DNA of 64,000 nucleotides, from positions 17,298,001-17,362,000 of the forward strand of contig OX597824.1 in NCBI GenBank assembly GCA_951406725.2. Direction: 5' to 3'. Made by a program: the position numbers and the translations under genes. Of this stretch, positions 1 through 14,460 are shown one piece after another. The notes under the pieces are model-generated. The model saw only the letters and a list, made by a program, of their open reading frames with translations, was not told where the DNA came from and made no database searches. The stretch's first letter is position 1. Every line of letters begins with the position of its first letter. The DNA comes from Octopus vulgaris (lineage: Eukaryota).

Positions 1-281
1 TTAATATTTCATGTTGTTGAAGAGTATTGTTCTGTTGATGATTCGCTCTATTAAACAGGAATAATAAGTTTGGGGTTGGTATGACAGGGAAAATACGAAA
101 ATCAGGAGTCCTTTCAGGTTTTCTGTGTATTTGTATAAGTTTATCTTTCGCATCCATTCTTCACAACGAAATGACAATCACAAAAGGGGAGCCTTTCGAA
201 GAACCCATTCTGTTGCAGATAGAGTTATCCAGTGTAAAGGTGCCTTAATTCTCCAGCTCGAGGGAAATTGTACGGGAGATT
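1..281 (-). CDS. Candidate host-gene exon on minus strand, running off the window edge
   Basis: Minus-strand acceptor ctgtttcttcttttttacAG ends at 282. Sequence is non-repetitive. ATG at 157-155 opens MDAKDKLIQIHRKPERTPDFRIFPVIPTPNLL... with no stop to the edge; alternatively a phase-shifted frame SPVQFPSSWRIKAPLHW...LL* could be a terminal exon. No recognisable domain. Confidence 0.35.
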
Positions 282-643
282 CTGTAAAAAAGAAGAAACA
301 GAAAGATCATGAGGCTAGAATTCCTTAACACCTACAATAATACGTATGTATATAATTAAATAGGTATTTATATATGTATATATATCTGTTTATGTATGAA
401 TGTATATATACATATATATATATAAAGGGAAAGTTTACGAAAATAAACCAAAGACGAAGACAGATGGTGTATATATATATGATATATTTATACGTATACA
501 TATACATATACGTGTATACGTATATGGATATATATATATATGTATATATATATGCATATAAATCTATTCATATACATACGAATGTGAACGTGTACGGGTA
601 CATATAGGTACCTGGTAACGCGAGCGCACGCACGCACGCAGAC

Positions 644-739
<96 letters not shown>

Positions 740-905
740 GATATATATATATATATAAATGAATTCTTTGCGTAATGAGATAAAATATCCAAGGTTATAT
801 AGATATTAGAGCATTATATATATGAAATGCATCTATAGACAGAGAGACATCCATATAGATATGTATAGCTATGTATAGATATGTATAGACTTTAATATAA
901 CTGAG

Positions 906-966
<61 letters not shown>

Positions 967-1009
967 GTAAATATATAGATACATATAAATATATTTATGC
1001 ATGCATACA

Positions 1010-1055
<46 letters not shown>

Positions 1056-1241
1056 GTATGTATGTATAAATATATTTATATGTATCTATATATTTACATA
1101 TATATATTCATAATATTTATAAAAGGATGAATATTACCTGTGTCTATGCTAATAAATATGTGCAGGTGAATGTAAAAGTATATGTACCAACCTATACTTT
1201 TATATTTATATACAAGTATATATAAATATATGTGTACATAC

Positions 1242-1279
<38 letters not shown>

Positions 1280-1308
1280 ATTTATATGCGTATATATGTA
1301 TGTATATA

Positions 1309-1357
<49 letters not shown>

Positions 1358-1471
1358 GTATATAAATATAAATATATGTTCACACACATATATATATATA
1401 CATATATATGTACATACGTACATATCATATGGGATTATATATGTATATATGCATACATACAGATGTCATAT

Positions 1472-1523
<52 letters not shown>

Positions 1524-1829
1524 GTAGATATGTATATATGCATATATATGTATATATATGTATATACATCTGAGCATACACATGCAACTATACGTATCCA
1601 GGCGTATATATATACTGATATATATGTATATTATCATGAATGATTGTGGAGGTAAAATTTCAACATCTACCCTCCCAGTTCAAATGCTTCCGCAGTTAAA
1701 AGTCTCTCTCGGAACTCCGAGTCATATAAAATATGCTGCATCTTTTTACAACAATAAATAAAATGGAATCTTCCGCCTGAACAGCCAATCAAATGGTAGC
1801 TCTGATCTCAAGACGTTTGCGCTATACTG

Positions 1830-1917
<88 letters not shown>

Positions 1918-1959
1918 AATGTGTGTGTGTGTGTGTGTGTGTTGTGTATATGTATACAC

Positions 1960-2013
<54 letters not shown>

Positions 2014-2306
2014 GTATACATACATATTTATATATGTATACATATATAAATATGAATACACATCTATATATTTTTACGTGTATCTGTTTGAGCGCATCAT
2101 ATGTTTCTCTTTCCATATGTGTGTGTGCGTGTGTGTGCGTGCATATATATGCACGCACATCGTCTCAGTAAGCGAATCTATAGCTATACCTTCATCTAGG
2201 TATCTAAAGATCCGTAAGTCGTTTGAGCATACACACATAGACATGCATACATGCAAGATTATACATTTGTACATGTATCTATATATGAAGTATATACAAA
2301 TTGTAT

Positions 2307-2360
<54 letters not shown>

Positions 2361-2399
2361 GGAACAATACATATATAACTACAAGTATGTGTGTGTGTT

Positions 2400-2434
<35 letters not shown>

Positions 2435-2570
2435 GTAAACAGTAAAAATAATTACAGACATGGACAAGAACATGAAACACCACAGAGACGACACAAGAAC
2501 CACAGGACGACACAAGAACCACCCTCAGTCATCAGTCAAGAACCAGATCATCTTAGCAATTTCGGCTGAT
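2435..2570 (-). mobile_element. Short fragment of the element at 35405-35980, embedded in (TA)n
   Basis: Near-identical to 35406-35540 (gtaaacagtaaaaataattacagacatggacaagaac...aatttcggctgat). Confidence 0.8.
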
Positions 2571-2594
2571 ACATATATACATATATATATATAT

Positions 2595-2711
<117 letters not shown>

Positions 2712-3192
2712 CATATATACATATATAGACACATATGTATACATATATAGACACACACACATACTTGTAGTTATATATGTATTGTTCCATATATATACAT
2801 ATCGACACAAACGCACACATATATATATATACATATATATATTTATTTATGGGGGGTGTATATAATGACATATAAATGAATGCAGGCATACAGAGCGTAT
2901 ACACCCTACCCCCCCTTCCTACGTGCGACGTGTTCTATATACAAGTACACGGTGACATAGAACGCAATTCACAAGCGCACTTATAAGTAAACGTTAGTGT
3001 ATATATCTGCACACACACTTCGTGAGGCACACATACTCACAGGCAAACAAACATATATGTGCACGTTTATTTACATATACATATATACATACATATATAC
3101 ATATATATAAATATATATATATATATATGTAAATATATATACATATATATAAATATATATATATATATATGTAAATATATATATGTATATAT

Positions 3193-3597
3193 ACTCTTTT
3201 ACTCTTTTACTTGTTTCAGTCATTTGACTGCGGCCATGCTGGAGCACCACCTTTTAGTCGAGCAAATCGACCCCGGGACTTATTCTTTTTGTAAGCCCAG
3301 TACTTATTCTATCGTTCTCTTTTGCCGAACCGCTAAGTGACGGGGACGTAAACACACCAGCATCGGTTGTCAAGCAATGCTAGGTAGACAAACACAAACG
3401 CACACACTCACACATATATATATATATACATATATACGACAGGCTTCTTTCAGTTTCCGTCTACCAAATCCACTCACAAGGCATTGGTTGGCCCGGGGCT
3501 ATAGCAGAAGACATTTGCCCAAGATGCCACGCAGTGGGACTGAACCCGGAACCATGTGGTTGGTTAGCAAGCTACTTACCACACAGCCACTCCTGCG

Positions 3598-3599
<2 letters not shown>
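3193..3599 (-). mobile_element. tRNA-derived SINE family A, full length
   Basis: Reverse complement begins ggcgcaggagtggctgtgtggt (A-box-like) then ggttcagtccc (B-box-like) and a cttgggcaa motif. Has an internal TA/TG microsatellite and a (gtaaaaga)n tail. Many copies in window. Confidence 0.92.
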
Positions 3600-3656
<57 letters not shown>

Positions 3657-3849
3657 GTATATATATATGTATATATATATTTATATGGACATACATATTC
3701 ATATATGAAAAAAAATATGTGTTTATGCATACATATAAAAATATTATATGTATAGGTAATTCTATGCATAACATGTTTTATAAACACACACTTATATAAA
3801 CTTATGTCCATATATATAATTTTTTACTCTTTTAATTTTTTATGTGTTT

Positions 3850-4239
3850 TACTTATTTGGTAGTGACCTTGCTGGAGCATCGCTTTAGGTCGAAGAATTC
3901 GACCCACAAGACTTACTTTTTGCTGCTCTAATTTATCTGTCACTTGTGACAAACTGCTAGGCTTCGAGGACATAAGCGCACTAACATCGGTCGCCAAGCG
4001 ATTGTAGGGGGACAAATACAGACAGAGAAAGACGCACACAAACACATGCATATATATATATATGTATACATACGTATATATATATACACGGTTTTCTTTC
4101 AGTTTCCGTCTAACAAATAAACTCAAAACGTTTTGGTCAGCCCGAGTTTATGGAAGATATATACGCAATGGCCACGCAATGGTACTGAACCTGAAACCAG
4201 GAGGTTTGGAAGCAAGCTTGTTACCATAGAGCCACACCT
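3850..4239 (-). mobile_element. SINE family A, diverged copy
   Basis: Degenerate matches: gctggagcatcgcttt, tttctttcagtttccgtcta, gccacgcaatggtactgaacc. Confidence 0.8.
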
Positions 4240-4331
4240 ATGTACACACACACAAACACACACACATGTATATATAAATATATATATATATGTATGTAAA
4301 TACACATGAATCTTTATGCATAAGTATATAA

Positions 4332-4372
<41 letters not shown>

Positions 4373-4650
4373 TATGCACAAAACATATTACTATATAAAT
4401 ATATATACCCATATACACAGTTATACACCTGTATAAATATAGGTATACACATGTCTATGTATATATACATATATATGTATATACATGTGTGTGTATGTGT
4501 GTGTATGTGCGTGTGTGTGTGCGTATTGATATATGCTGTTATATATATATATATATGTACATATATATAGCGATGTAATTATACATGTATATATGTCTGT
4601 ATGTAACTATATTTATTTCTCTATCTATCGGTATATATATGTATATATCA

Positions 4651-4695
<45 letters not shown>

Positions 4696-4706
4696 CATAT
4701 ATATAT

Positions 4707-4768
<62 letters not shown>

Positions 4769-4937
4769 TATCCCAGCATATATACATATCGCTGTCACCA
4801 TCACCGTGCCTCAATTATCACCGACTCGAAAGAGACAACGAATTCACCCCCGGCTTCCTCTTTCTTCTTATTAACATGTCCTCCTTCTTTTCATCGACTT
4901 CTTCTCCGTCGTTTACCATTTTCTTTCTGAACATCGC

Positions 4938-5087
<150 letters not shown>

Positions 5088-5223
5088 GAACACCAACAGC
5101 TTGTATCTTGGTCATTTCAGTGTTCAGATATGCCGCATTACTTTCAGATATTTTTTTTATTCTTCCCGTATGTATATGTGTGTATATGAGCAAGTGTATA
5201 TGAGTGTGTGCGTGTGTTTTATT

Positions 5224-5255
<32 letters not shown>

Positions 5256-5314
5256 GCACCCGCGTGTGGGTTCCTTTACGTATTCTACGTGTGTGTGTGT
5301 GTGTGTGTGTGTAT

Positions 5315-5735
5315 ACTCTTTTACTCTTCTCCTCTTTTACTTGTTTCAGTCATTTGACTGCGGCCATGCTGGAGCACCGCCTTTAGTCGAGCAAATCGAC
5401 CCCGGGACTTATTCTTTTGTAAGCCCAGTACTTATTCTATAGGTCTCTTTTGCCGAACCGCTAAGTAACGGGGACATAAACAAACCAGCATCGGTTGTCA
5501 AGCAATGCTAGGGGAACAAACACATACACACAAACACATACACACACACACACATATATATATACATATATACGACAGGCTTCTTTCAGTTTCCGTCTAC
5601 CAAATCCACTCACAAGGCATTGGTCGGCCAGAGGCTATAGTAGAAGACACTTGCCCAAGGTGCCACGCAGTGGGACTGAACCCGGAACCATGTGGTTGGT
5701 TAGCAAGCTACTTACCACACAGCCACTCCTGCGCC
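5315..5735 (-). mobile_element. SINE family A, full length
   Basis: Collinear with 3193-3599, ending ...cactcctgcgcc. Confidence 0.92.
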
Positions 5736-6091
5736 TGTTGTGTGTGTGTGTGTGTTCGTGCATGTGTGAGAGCATGCATGCGCGTGTATGACTGCGTTTG
5801 AGTGTGTGTGTGTTTCCCGTTGTTTACGCCTTCGTCTGCTGTATATTTTCTTCACTTATCTATAAATAAACTATTGCATAAATATATGTCTCTCTGTCTC
5901 CACCACACACTCTCTCTCTCTCAATTCCTCTCACACATGCACACACTCTCACACGCACACACTCATACTCACATATGTATGTATGTATATATATCAATTT
6001 CCATACATCTACATATATATATATATTTATATGTATGGAAATTGATATTTATATATGCATGTATGAATGTAAATATATATACATACATACA

Positions 6092-6128
<37 letters not shown>

Positions 6129-6129
6129 T

Positions 6130-6178
<49 letters not shown>

Positions 6179-6285
6179 ATATATATGTATATATATACCT
6201 ATATATATACATACATGTATATATGTATATATATATATGTATATCTATATATATATATATATATATATATATTTAGATATACTTG

Positions 6286-6328
<43 letters not shown>

Positions 6329-6365
6329 GTAAATATATATATGTATATATATGTATATATATACC

Positions 6366-6399
<34 letters not shown>

Positions 6400-6498
6400 C
6401 TTGTATATATTTACATTCATACATATATATATATATATATATATCAATCTACATATATATATAATATATATATATGTATATATATGTATATATATACC

Positions 6499-6600
<102 letters not shown>

Positions 6601-6864
6601 AATATTTGAGTGCATGTTACATTGCACTCAGAAAACATGCATATACGCAGGTTTTTCCTACTCATGTGTATTATCACGGATGCCAGCATGATGGCGTATG
6701 TGCGTTCCGAATTATACGTGTGAAAGACAGGCATGTAGGAAGCGCTTGTGTGCCTGCGCGTACGTTAGTGTATGTGTACAGAATCGTACGCGCACCTGTC
6801 TATGCAATTGCCTGTATACGTATGTGTAAGAACATGTCTGTCTCACTGCGTAACTGGACGTATG

Positions 6865-6916
<52 letters not shown>

Positions 6917-7393
6917 TATATATAAGTGTGCGTGTATTTACCATTATGTTTGCGTGTCTGTGTATATATTCTATATCGTTTGTCTACGTGTGTGTTTTGT
7001 CTACTGTATGCGTTTGCACATAGGCAGTATCTTTGCGCGTTTAGCGCATTTTGCCTGCGTGATGAACGTATATTTAGCATGTTCAGTCTTTATACACCTG
7101 TATATGTATACGTGTGTGCATGTGTGAATGTTGGGGTGTGAGAGAGAGTGTTAGCAGTGAGGGCTCTTCCGTTTGTGTTTGTGTGTGCGGTATCTTTATG
7201 TTTGTCTCGTGTGTGCGTGTGTGTCTATCTGGTTAATATATATATATATATATATGTATCTGTCTATATAGCTGTATGTGTGAAAATGCGGTTTGTTGTT
7301 GTTGTTGTTGTGTGTTTTATAATGTATATGTGAATCTTCATGTGATGCATGCTGTTATGCTCTCTGTATGCGTATGTGTGTGTTTGTGTCTGC

Positions 7394-7429
<36 letters not shown>

Positions 7430-7655
7430 ATAGCGTAGTTTTCACTCTCTAGAGTGTTTATGCACTGAATACAGTGTGTGGTTGTAGAGAGATGGATAGG
7501 TAAAAAAACTGAGAGAGGTTAGTGGGGTAGAGACACACAGAAAGTGAGATAGATAGATAGATGTATAGATAGATAGATAGATAGAATAGATAGATATACA
7601 GACAGTTGGATAGATAGAAAGATATATATGTATATAGATAGATAAATAGAAGAAT

Positions 7656-7750
<95 letters not shown>

Positions 7751-7990
7751 GCAACATCGATAAATATATAGACAGACACAGAGTCAAAAGGGAAGATCGG
7801 GAGAGCGTGTATGTATGACACCAATTGTATGTATATATGTATTTAAGTATGTATGTATGTATGTATGTATGTATGTATGTATGTATGTATGTATGTATGT
7901 ATGTATGTATGTGTGTATGTGTGTATGTATGTAGTCTGTGTATTTTTAGTAAAATGGACCAATATGTAAAGTGACAGAAGCGGGATATAT

Positions 7991-8025
<35 letters not shown>

Positions 8026-8464
8026 CGGGCAAAAATGAGGGAGAGAGAGAGAGTATGCGACAGTGCAAGGGCATTTGTAAATGCATGTATGTAAAAAGAG
8101 TGCGTATGCGCGTGTATGGCTACGCGCGCGCGTGTGTGTGCGTGTGCGTGTCAGTGCTGGGACGCGTGCGCGCATTGAGGGCAACGAACTAAACGGAAAG
8201 AATGAGGTGGAGCAAAGAGAGAAAGTAAGTAGGTGTGTAGGTGTGTGTGGGGGGAGAGAGAGAAGGAGAGAGAGGGAGTGAGAGAGAGAGAATGAGGTAG
8301 GGAAGGAGGGAGGGAAAGAGAGAGAGAGAGAGAGAGAAAAGGGCAAGGGATTGTGGGAGGGAAAGTAGTTGAGTGTAAGAAAGGAGAGAGGAAATGAGAG
8401 GGCGGGGGAGATTTGGAAAGAGAAAGAGAAGGTCAGCAGAAAATGTTAAGATAGATTAACACAG

Positions 8465-8497
<33 letters not shown>

Positions 8498-8864
8498 AAG
8501 GGAGAGAGAAAGGGAGGGAGTGTAAGAGAGCTGTCGTGAGAAATAGAAAGCGACGCGTATTAGCAGTGTTGTTAGTTAAAGAGTGAAGAAGAGAGGAAGA
8601 GAAAGAGAGAGAGAGAGACAGAGGGAAATAATATGGCGATGGAGGAGACAGAGTAGTGGGGAAGAGGGAAAGAGAAAGAGTAAAATTGAAACAGGAGGTG
8701 AAAAGATACAAAGAATGGGTGAATGAAAGGGGGAGGGAAAGATTATGTGGTGAGAGGGAGAGGTAAACGAAGCGGGAAGAGCGAAAGGCGAGAGTGAAAG
8801 TAGAATTGAAAAGGAGAGAGAGAGGGAAAGAAGCAGAGAAATGGGAACGAAGGGAGAGAAAGAG

Positions 8865-8907
<43 letters not shown>

Positions 8908-9636
8908 AGGAGAGAGGGAGAGAGTTTTTTTAAAAAGAAATAAAAAATCTAAGCTGAAGTAACAAAGATGGCGAAGGAAAAGAAATGAAGAAGGAGGAAG
9001 AAAAAATGTAAGAAAGAGGGAAAGGATGAAGAAAAAATAGAGAAGAAATAGGAGAGGAAGACAGAGGCAGTTTAAATGTAACGTAATAGCAGAATTGCTA
9101 TTCCTGTGTTCGTGTGTCCGCGCAGGCATTAGGAGTAGAGCCGCACATGCGCAGAGCTCGAGGCCGCGCGTACAAACACACACACACACATGTCCGTATA
9201 TGTATGTGTGTCTGTGTATGTGTAAGTGTGTGTGTGTGTAATGACTTTTTATTCTGGAATATCGTGCATGTTAATGTTCCTGTTGTTTTCGCTACACTTA
9301 CCGTTGTTATTGCAGTTGTTGTCGTTGTTGTTGTTGTTGTTGTTGTTGTAGTTAAAGACGAAGCAGTTGTTGTTCTTTCCTTTGTTCGTATGCAGTTGGT
9401 TGCCATTTGTAATATCCTTGAGCTACATCTGTACCTCTCTCCCTCTCTCTCTCTCTATCTATCTATCTTTCTCTCTATCTCTCTATCTTTCTCTCTTTCT
9501 CTCTCTCTGAAATTTCTAGCACTTTACCTATTTCTGTGTTTTAGTGTCCCTCAGTTTCTCATTTTTGTTGTTGTTGGGTGTTTATCCTAGCAATCATATC
9601 TATATCTATCACAAATAAATTTCTATCTATCTATCA

Positions 9637-9691
<55 letters not shown>

Positions 9692-9765
9692 ATCCATCAT
9701 CTCTCTCTATCTATCTATCTATCTATCTATCTATCCATCCATATATCTATGTATCTACCTACCTA

Positions 9766-9813
<48 letters not shown>

Positions 9814-9962
9814 TCAATCTCGCTTCTCCCTCTCTGTCCCTTTCTCTCTCGCCGTCTCTCTTTCGCGTGCTATCTCGCTCTCTTTTTCTCTCTATCTTTT
9901 TGAACTACATATCTATTTGAAAATAGGCAGTTATGCATGTAATACACACACACAAACGCACA

Positions 9963-10016
<54 letters not shown>

Positions 10017-10075
10017 CATACATATATACAGATACACACACGCACACACAAGCACACACAAATATATGTACATAG

Positions 10076-10114
<39 letters not shown>

Positions 10115-10300
10115 ATATATATATATATATATATATGTTTGTGTAAATCGGTTTGTCTTTACTTCCGAGTCGACTTTTGTAAGTTAATGCATCGATACAT
10201 ATATGTATACCTGTGTACATATGCTTATATATATATATATGTGTGGTATATATATATATATATATATAAATACATATATACATAGATACACACAGGCACA

Positions 10301-10345
<45 letters not shown>

Positions 10346-10734
10346 GTATATACATTGACATTGTATTTATTTGTAAGCATTAATATTAGACAGATATATA
10401 AGCAAGGAACACATAAGGGCAATTCATAATTTCGCGTCCAAACCCCATATTATATATACACATACACGCATACTTGTATACACATGGCCTATCATACGAC
10501 GGACGCGTTGACAGGGGCTGCCTTTTCCAGGCGCGTTTTGCAGTAGGCATCATGTAATCATCGGAAAGATTCACAGACATGGAAACGACCACCGCCGGAA
10601 TTAGAATTACAAATTCCTGAATATTTTCATTTCGTATTCAAAAATAAAAACGCTGCATTAAGATCTCAATAGTTAGGAACTTACAGTGGTACTGCCGGTA
10701 GAGATGAATACGGGCATTTGATAAAAGCTTGCAA

Positions 10735-10816
<82 letters not shown>

Positions 10817-10858
10817 ATTATTATTATTATTAACTTATTATTAGTATTATTATTATTA
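10735..10858. repeat. (ATT)n microsatellite
   Basis: Direct inspection. Confidence 0.95.
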
Positions 10859-11060
10859 CTGTTATGAAATCGTAGATGTTACATTAGGGACTCAAAGATT
10901 TTTGTCGGGGTAAGATATAACCACTGATGTATGCACGTAGGGTAATTTTCACATATCTATATATGTGTGTATATAATTGTGTTCTGATATATATATATAC
11001 CTATATATGCAGATATATACATAGGCATGTATATATATACATAGAAATACATACATACAT

Positions 11061-11128
<68 letters not shown>

Positions 11129-11494
11129 TATGCATATATTATGTATATATATATATATGTATATATATATATCTATATCAATATTTATCTATCTCTCTCT
11201 ATATATATATATATTTATATACCTATATATCTAAATATGTAAATACATATATATGGAGTTTATATATAAATATACATATATATATAAATGCATATCTGTA
11301 TATACACATATATATATATATATGTATATATGTATATACACATATTTAAAATGCATATATATATAAACATATATACTTATAGATATATATACATATGCAT
11401 ATACAAACATATACACATGTATAAGTTCATTGGGGTATCTGCATGCTTATTTATCTAATTTTGTACCTATCATATATGCATATATTAAACATTA

Positions 11495-11534
<40 letters not shown>

Positions 11535-11539
11535 CATAC

Positions 11540-11613
<74 letters not shown>

Positions 11614-11727
11614 ATACATATATATTATATATATTTTTCATAGTTGCATACATGTCATTATATACAGACAAGATTACTTTCACACCTTCACTTACACATC
11701 ATTATTCATGTTATTCAAATGAAGAAC

Positions 11728-11915
11728 TGCGAGGCGAAATGCTCAACGACATTTCTTTCGACTTAACGTCCGGAGTTCAAATGGCACCGAGGTCGACAAT
11801 GCCATAAAAAAAAAAATACTAGTCCATAACGCACGATACCAACATGAGCTCTGAGATCTCTGTAATTGACTAATTTCTTCCCACAAAATTTCAGGCCTTG
11901 TGTCTATAATAGGAA
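11728..11915 (+). mobile_element. SINE family B (Nin-type), degenerate
   Basis: ggcgaaatgct...gagttcaaatggcaccgaggtcgac...aatttcaggccttgtgtct matches family B copies such as 37871 and 61186. Confidence 0.65.
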
Positions 11916-11945
11916 GCATTATTACTATTATGAAATCGGTCCGAC

Positions 11946-12017
<72 letters not shown>

Positions 12018-12092
12018 GATACACATACAGACAGACATATATACACATAGATACACACTCACGCCCATATATGCACACACACACACACAGGT

Positions 12093-12285
<193 letters not shown>

Positions 12286-13162
12286 CATACATACATATAT
12301 GCATGCATAGGCATGACTATTTGATCGCAAGCCTTGTTTGTGATGCATAACATTTTGACCAAGTGATATAATATAAACGTATACCCTATAAATATTCAAC
12401 CATGTTTCGTCGTAACTCTGTAATATATAGCTGTTATTAAAATACGATCCTTTATATAATTTGATATTAGCTAACACTGTCACATAACTTCAGTCACTCT
12501 GTCATCTCTTTTAACTATGATCTCATTATTATCGTTACTGACACAGTCACGTCAGCGAATGTTTTTTAGTATATTTTCTACTGACGCAATCACGAAAATG
12601 GGACAATGAAAATCCCTTCTGCAGAGCTGTAGCTGAAATATCATGGATATAATTATATATTCATGACATATATTTATATATATGTATATCTCTATTCGTG
12701 TTGAAGAATTGGTGAGCTGTTGAGCAAGGCTTCTTTATCTGCATTGATTTCTAAGTGTAGAAATGTATTCCACAATTTATATTAGTGCAGACATGCAAAA
12801 TAATTTGTTATTCACTGAAATTATTATTACATGATCAACGCTATGAAACGGCCGTAATTCTAAGGATAACAAGTGCTTTATATATATTATATGGTTTATA
12901 TATATTTATAAACACACACACTGACATATGTATGTGTGTGTATGGGTATGTGAGTGTGTGTAGATTTTCTGCGTGTGTGACTGAGTGGTTGTATGTGTAT
13001 ATAGATATGCTTTAGCCAGTACAAGTCCAGATAATGTCTAAATCTATTAAAATCAACTGGTAAAATTCCTTGAGTTATGATAAGTTATGTTATTATATCC
13101 AGGCTACTGAAATATGGATAGCTGTGATTCTCTATTATTTGTAGGTACCGTATGAAGTTTGT

Positions 13163-13197
<35 letters not shown>

Positions 13198-13359
13198 AAC
13201 ACAGGCGCACAAAGACACATGCACAACATTTATGTATATATATATATGTTAATACATACATATATATATATACACACACAAACATATGCGTGTATATGTA
13301 TATATATATACATATATTTATATGTATATATACATTCATATGGACGTCTATTACATCCA

Positions 13360-13485
13360 TTATTCTATAAAAAAAACATACCTATACCATCAAGGGAACT
13401 ATATTCTAAGAAACTTTTGAAGAAAATTACAGACCTGATTAAGCGCATGAGATGGAAAACTTTCTTTTATAACATGGAAGGATAA
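13360..13485 (+). pseudogene. Penelope-like element ORF N-terminal fragment
   Basis: KNIPIPSRELYSKKLLKKITDLIKRMRWKTFFY resembles the KNIPIP...IKRMRWKAFF N-terminal motif I recall from invertebrate PLE ORFs. It is immediately followed by a hammerhead-like motif. Confidence 0.65.
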
Positions 13486-13542
13486 CTGAAGAGATGGTGG
13501 CGTGGATTTCCACCCCGACATCCCGAATCTCGGAGTTTTATC
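13481..13542 (+). ncRNA. Type I hammerhead-like motif, one core substitution (GAAA to GAAT)
   Basis: gataa-CTGAAGA-[gatg/ggtgg...ccacc/catc]-GAAtC-tcgga-GTT-ttatc; stem I gataa/ttatc is a perfect 5 bp. Confidence 0.6.
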
Positions 13543-13927
13543 ATGGCTACCGAATAATTGTCACATATTACAATTACAGATACTTACATATATATATAAA
13601 CACACACAGCTATTATAATTTTTGTCTCTTTACTTTATTCAGCATATGTTATTGTAAATCAAAACTGTGCAATCAAAATTCTTTGACAGTTCAAGTTCTC
13701 CCTCATCTACAAAATATGAAGAAAGTCATGGACAATATTGCTGAAAACACGCTAAGATCGAATGCAATAGATAAAATGATCATGAGGAAAATGGTATTGT
13801 GGAAGATTCTAAGTAATCAGGGTCTACCGAAGGCTAAACAAATATAATGTGCCTTATTAATAATTGTTAGTGATAATCAGAGTTTAGTATTTATCAGATA
13901 TTCCAACGATGATCATCTCAAATGTTT

Positions 13928-13963
<36 letters not shown>

Positions 13964-14087
13964 GTATATATGTATATATATATATGTATGTATGTATGTA
14001 TATGTATGTTTGTATGTATATGTATGTGTGTGTTTATATGTGACCATATGTATATACACATATATATATATATACATACACACATGC

Positions 14088-14152
<65 letters not shown>

Positions 14153-14321
14153 AGTATATACATACACCTATATGCATATATATATGTGTATATATATATG
14201 TACATATATATATATATATATATTCTATTATCCATGTTATATTTATATGCACATATGTAGTACACTATATGTATGTGCATATGTACATAATATATGTACA
14301 TCTATATGCATATATATATGT

Positions 14322-14354
<33 letters not shown>

Positions 14355-14395
14355 TGTATATACATATATATAGAGAGATAGATAGATACGTTCAT

Positions 14396-14460
<65 letters not shown>

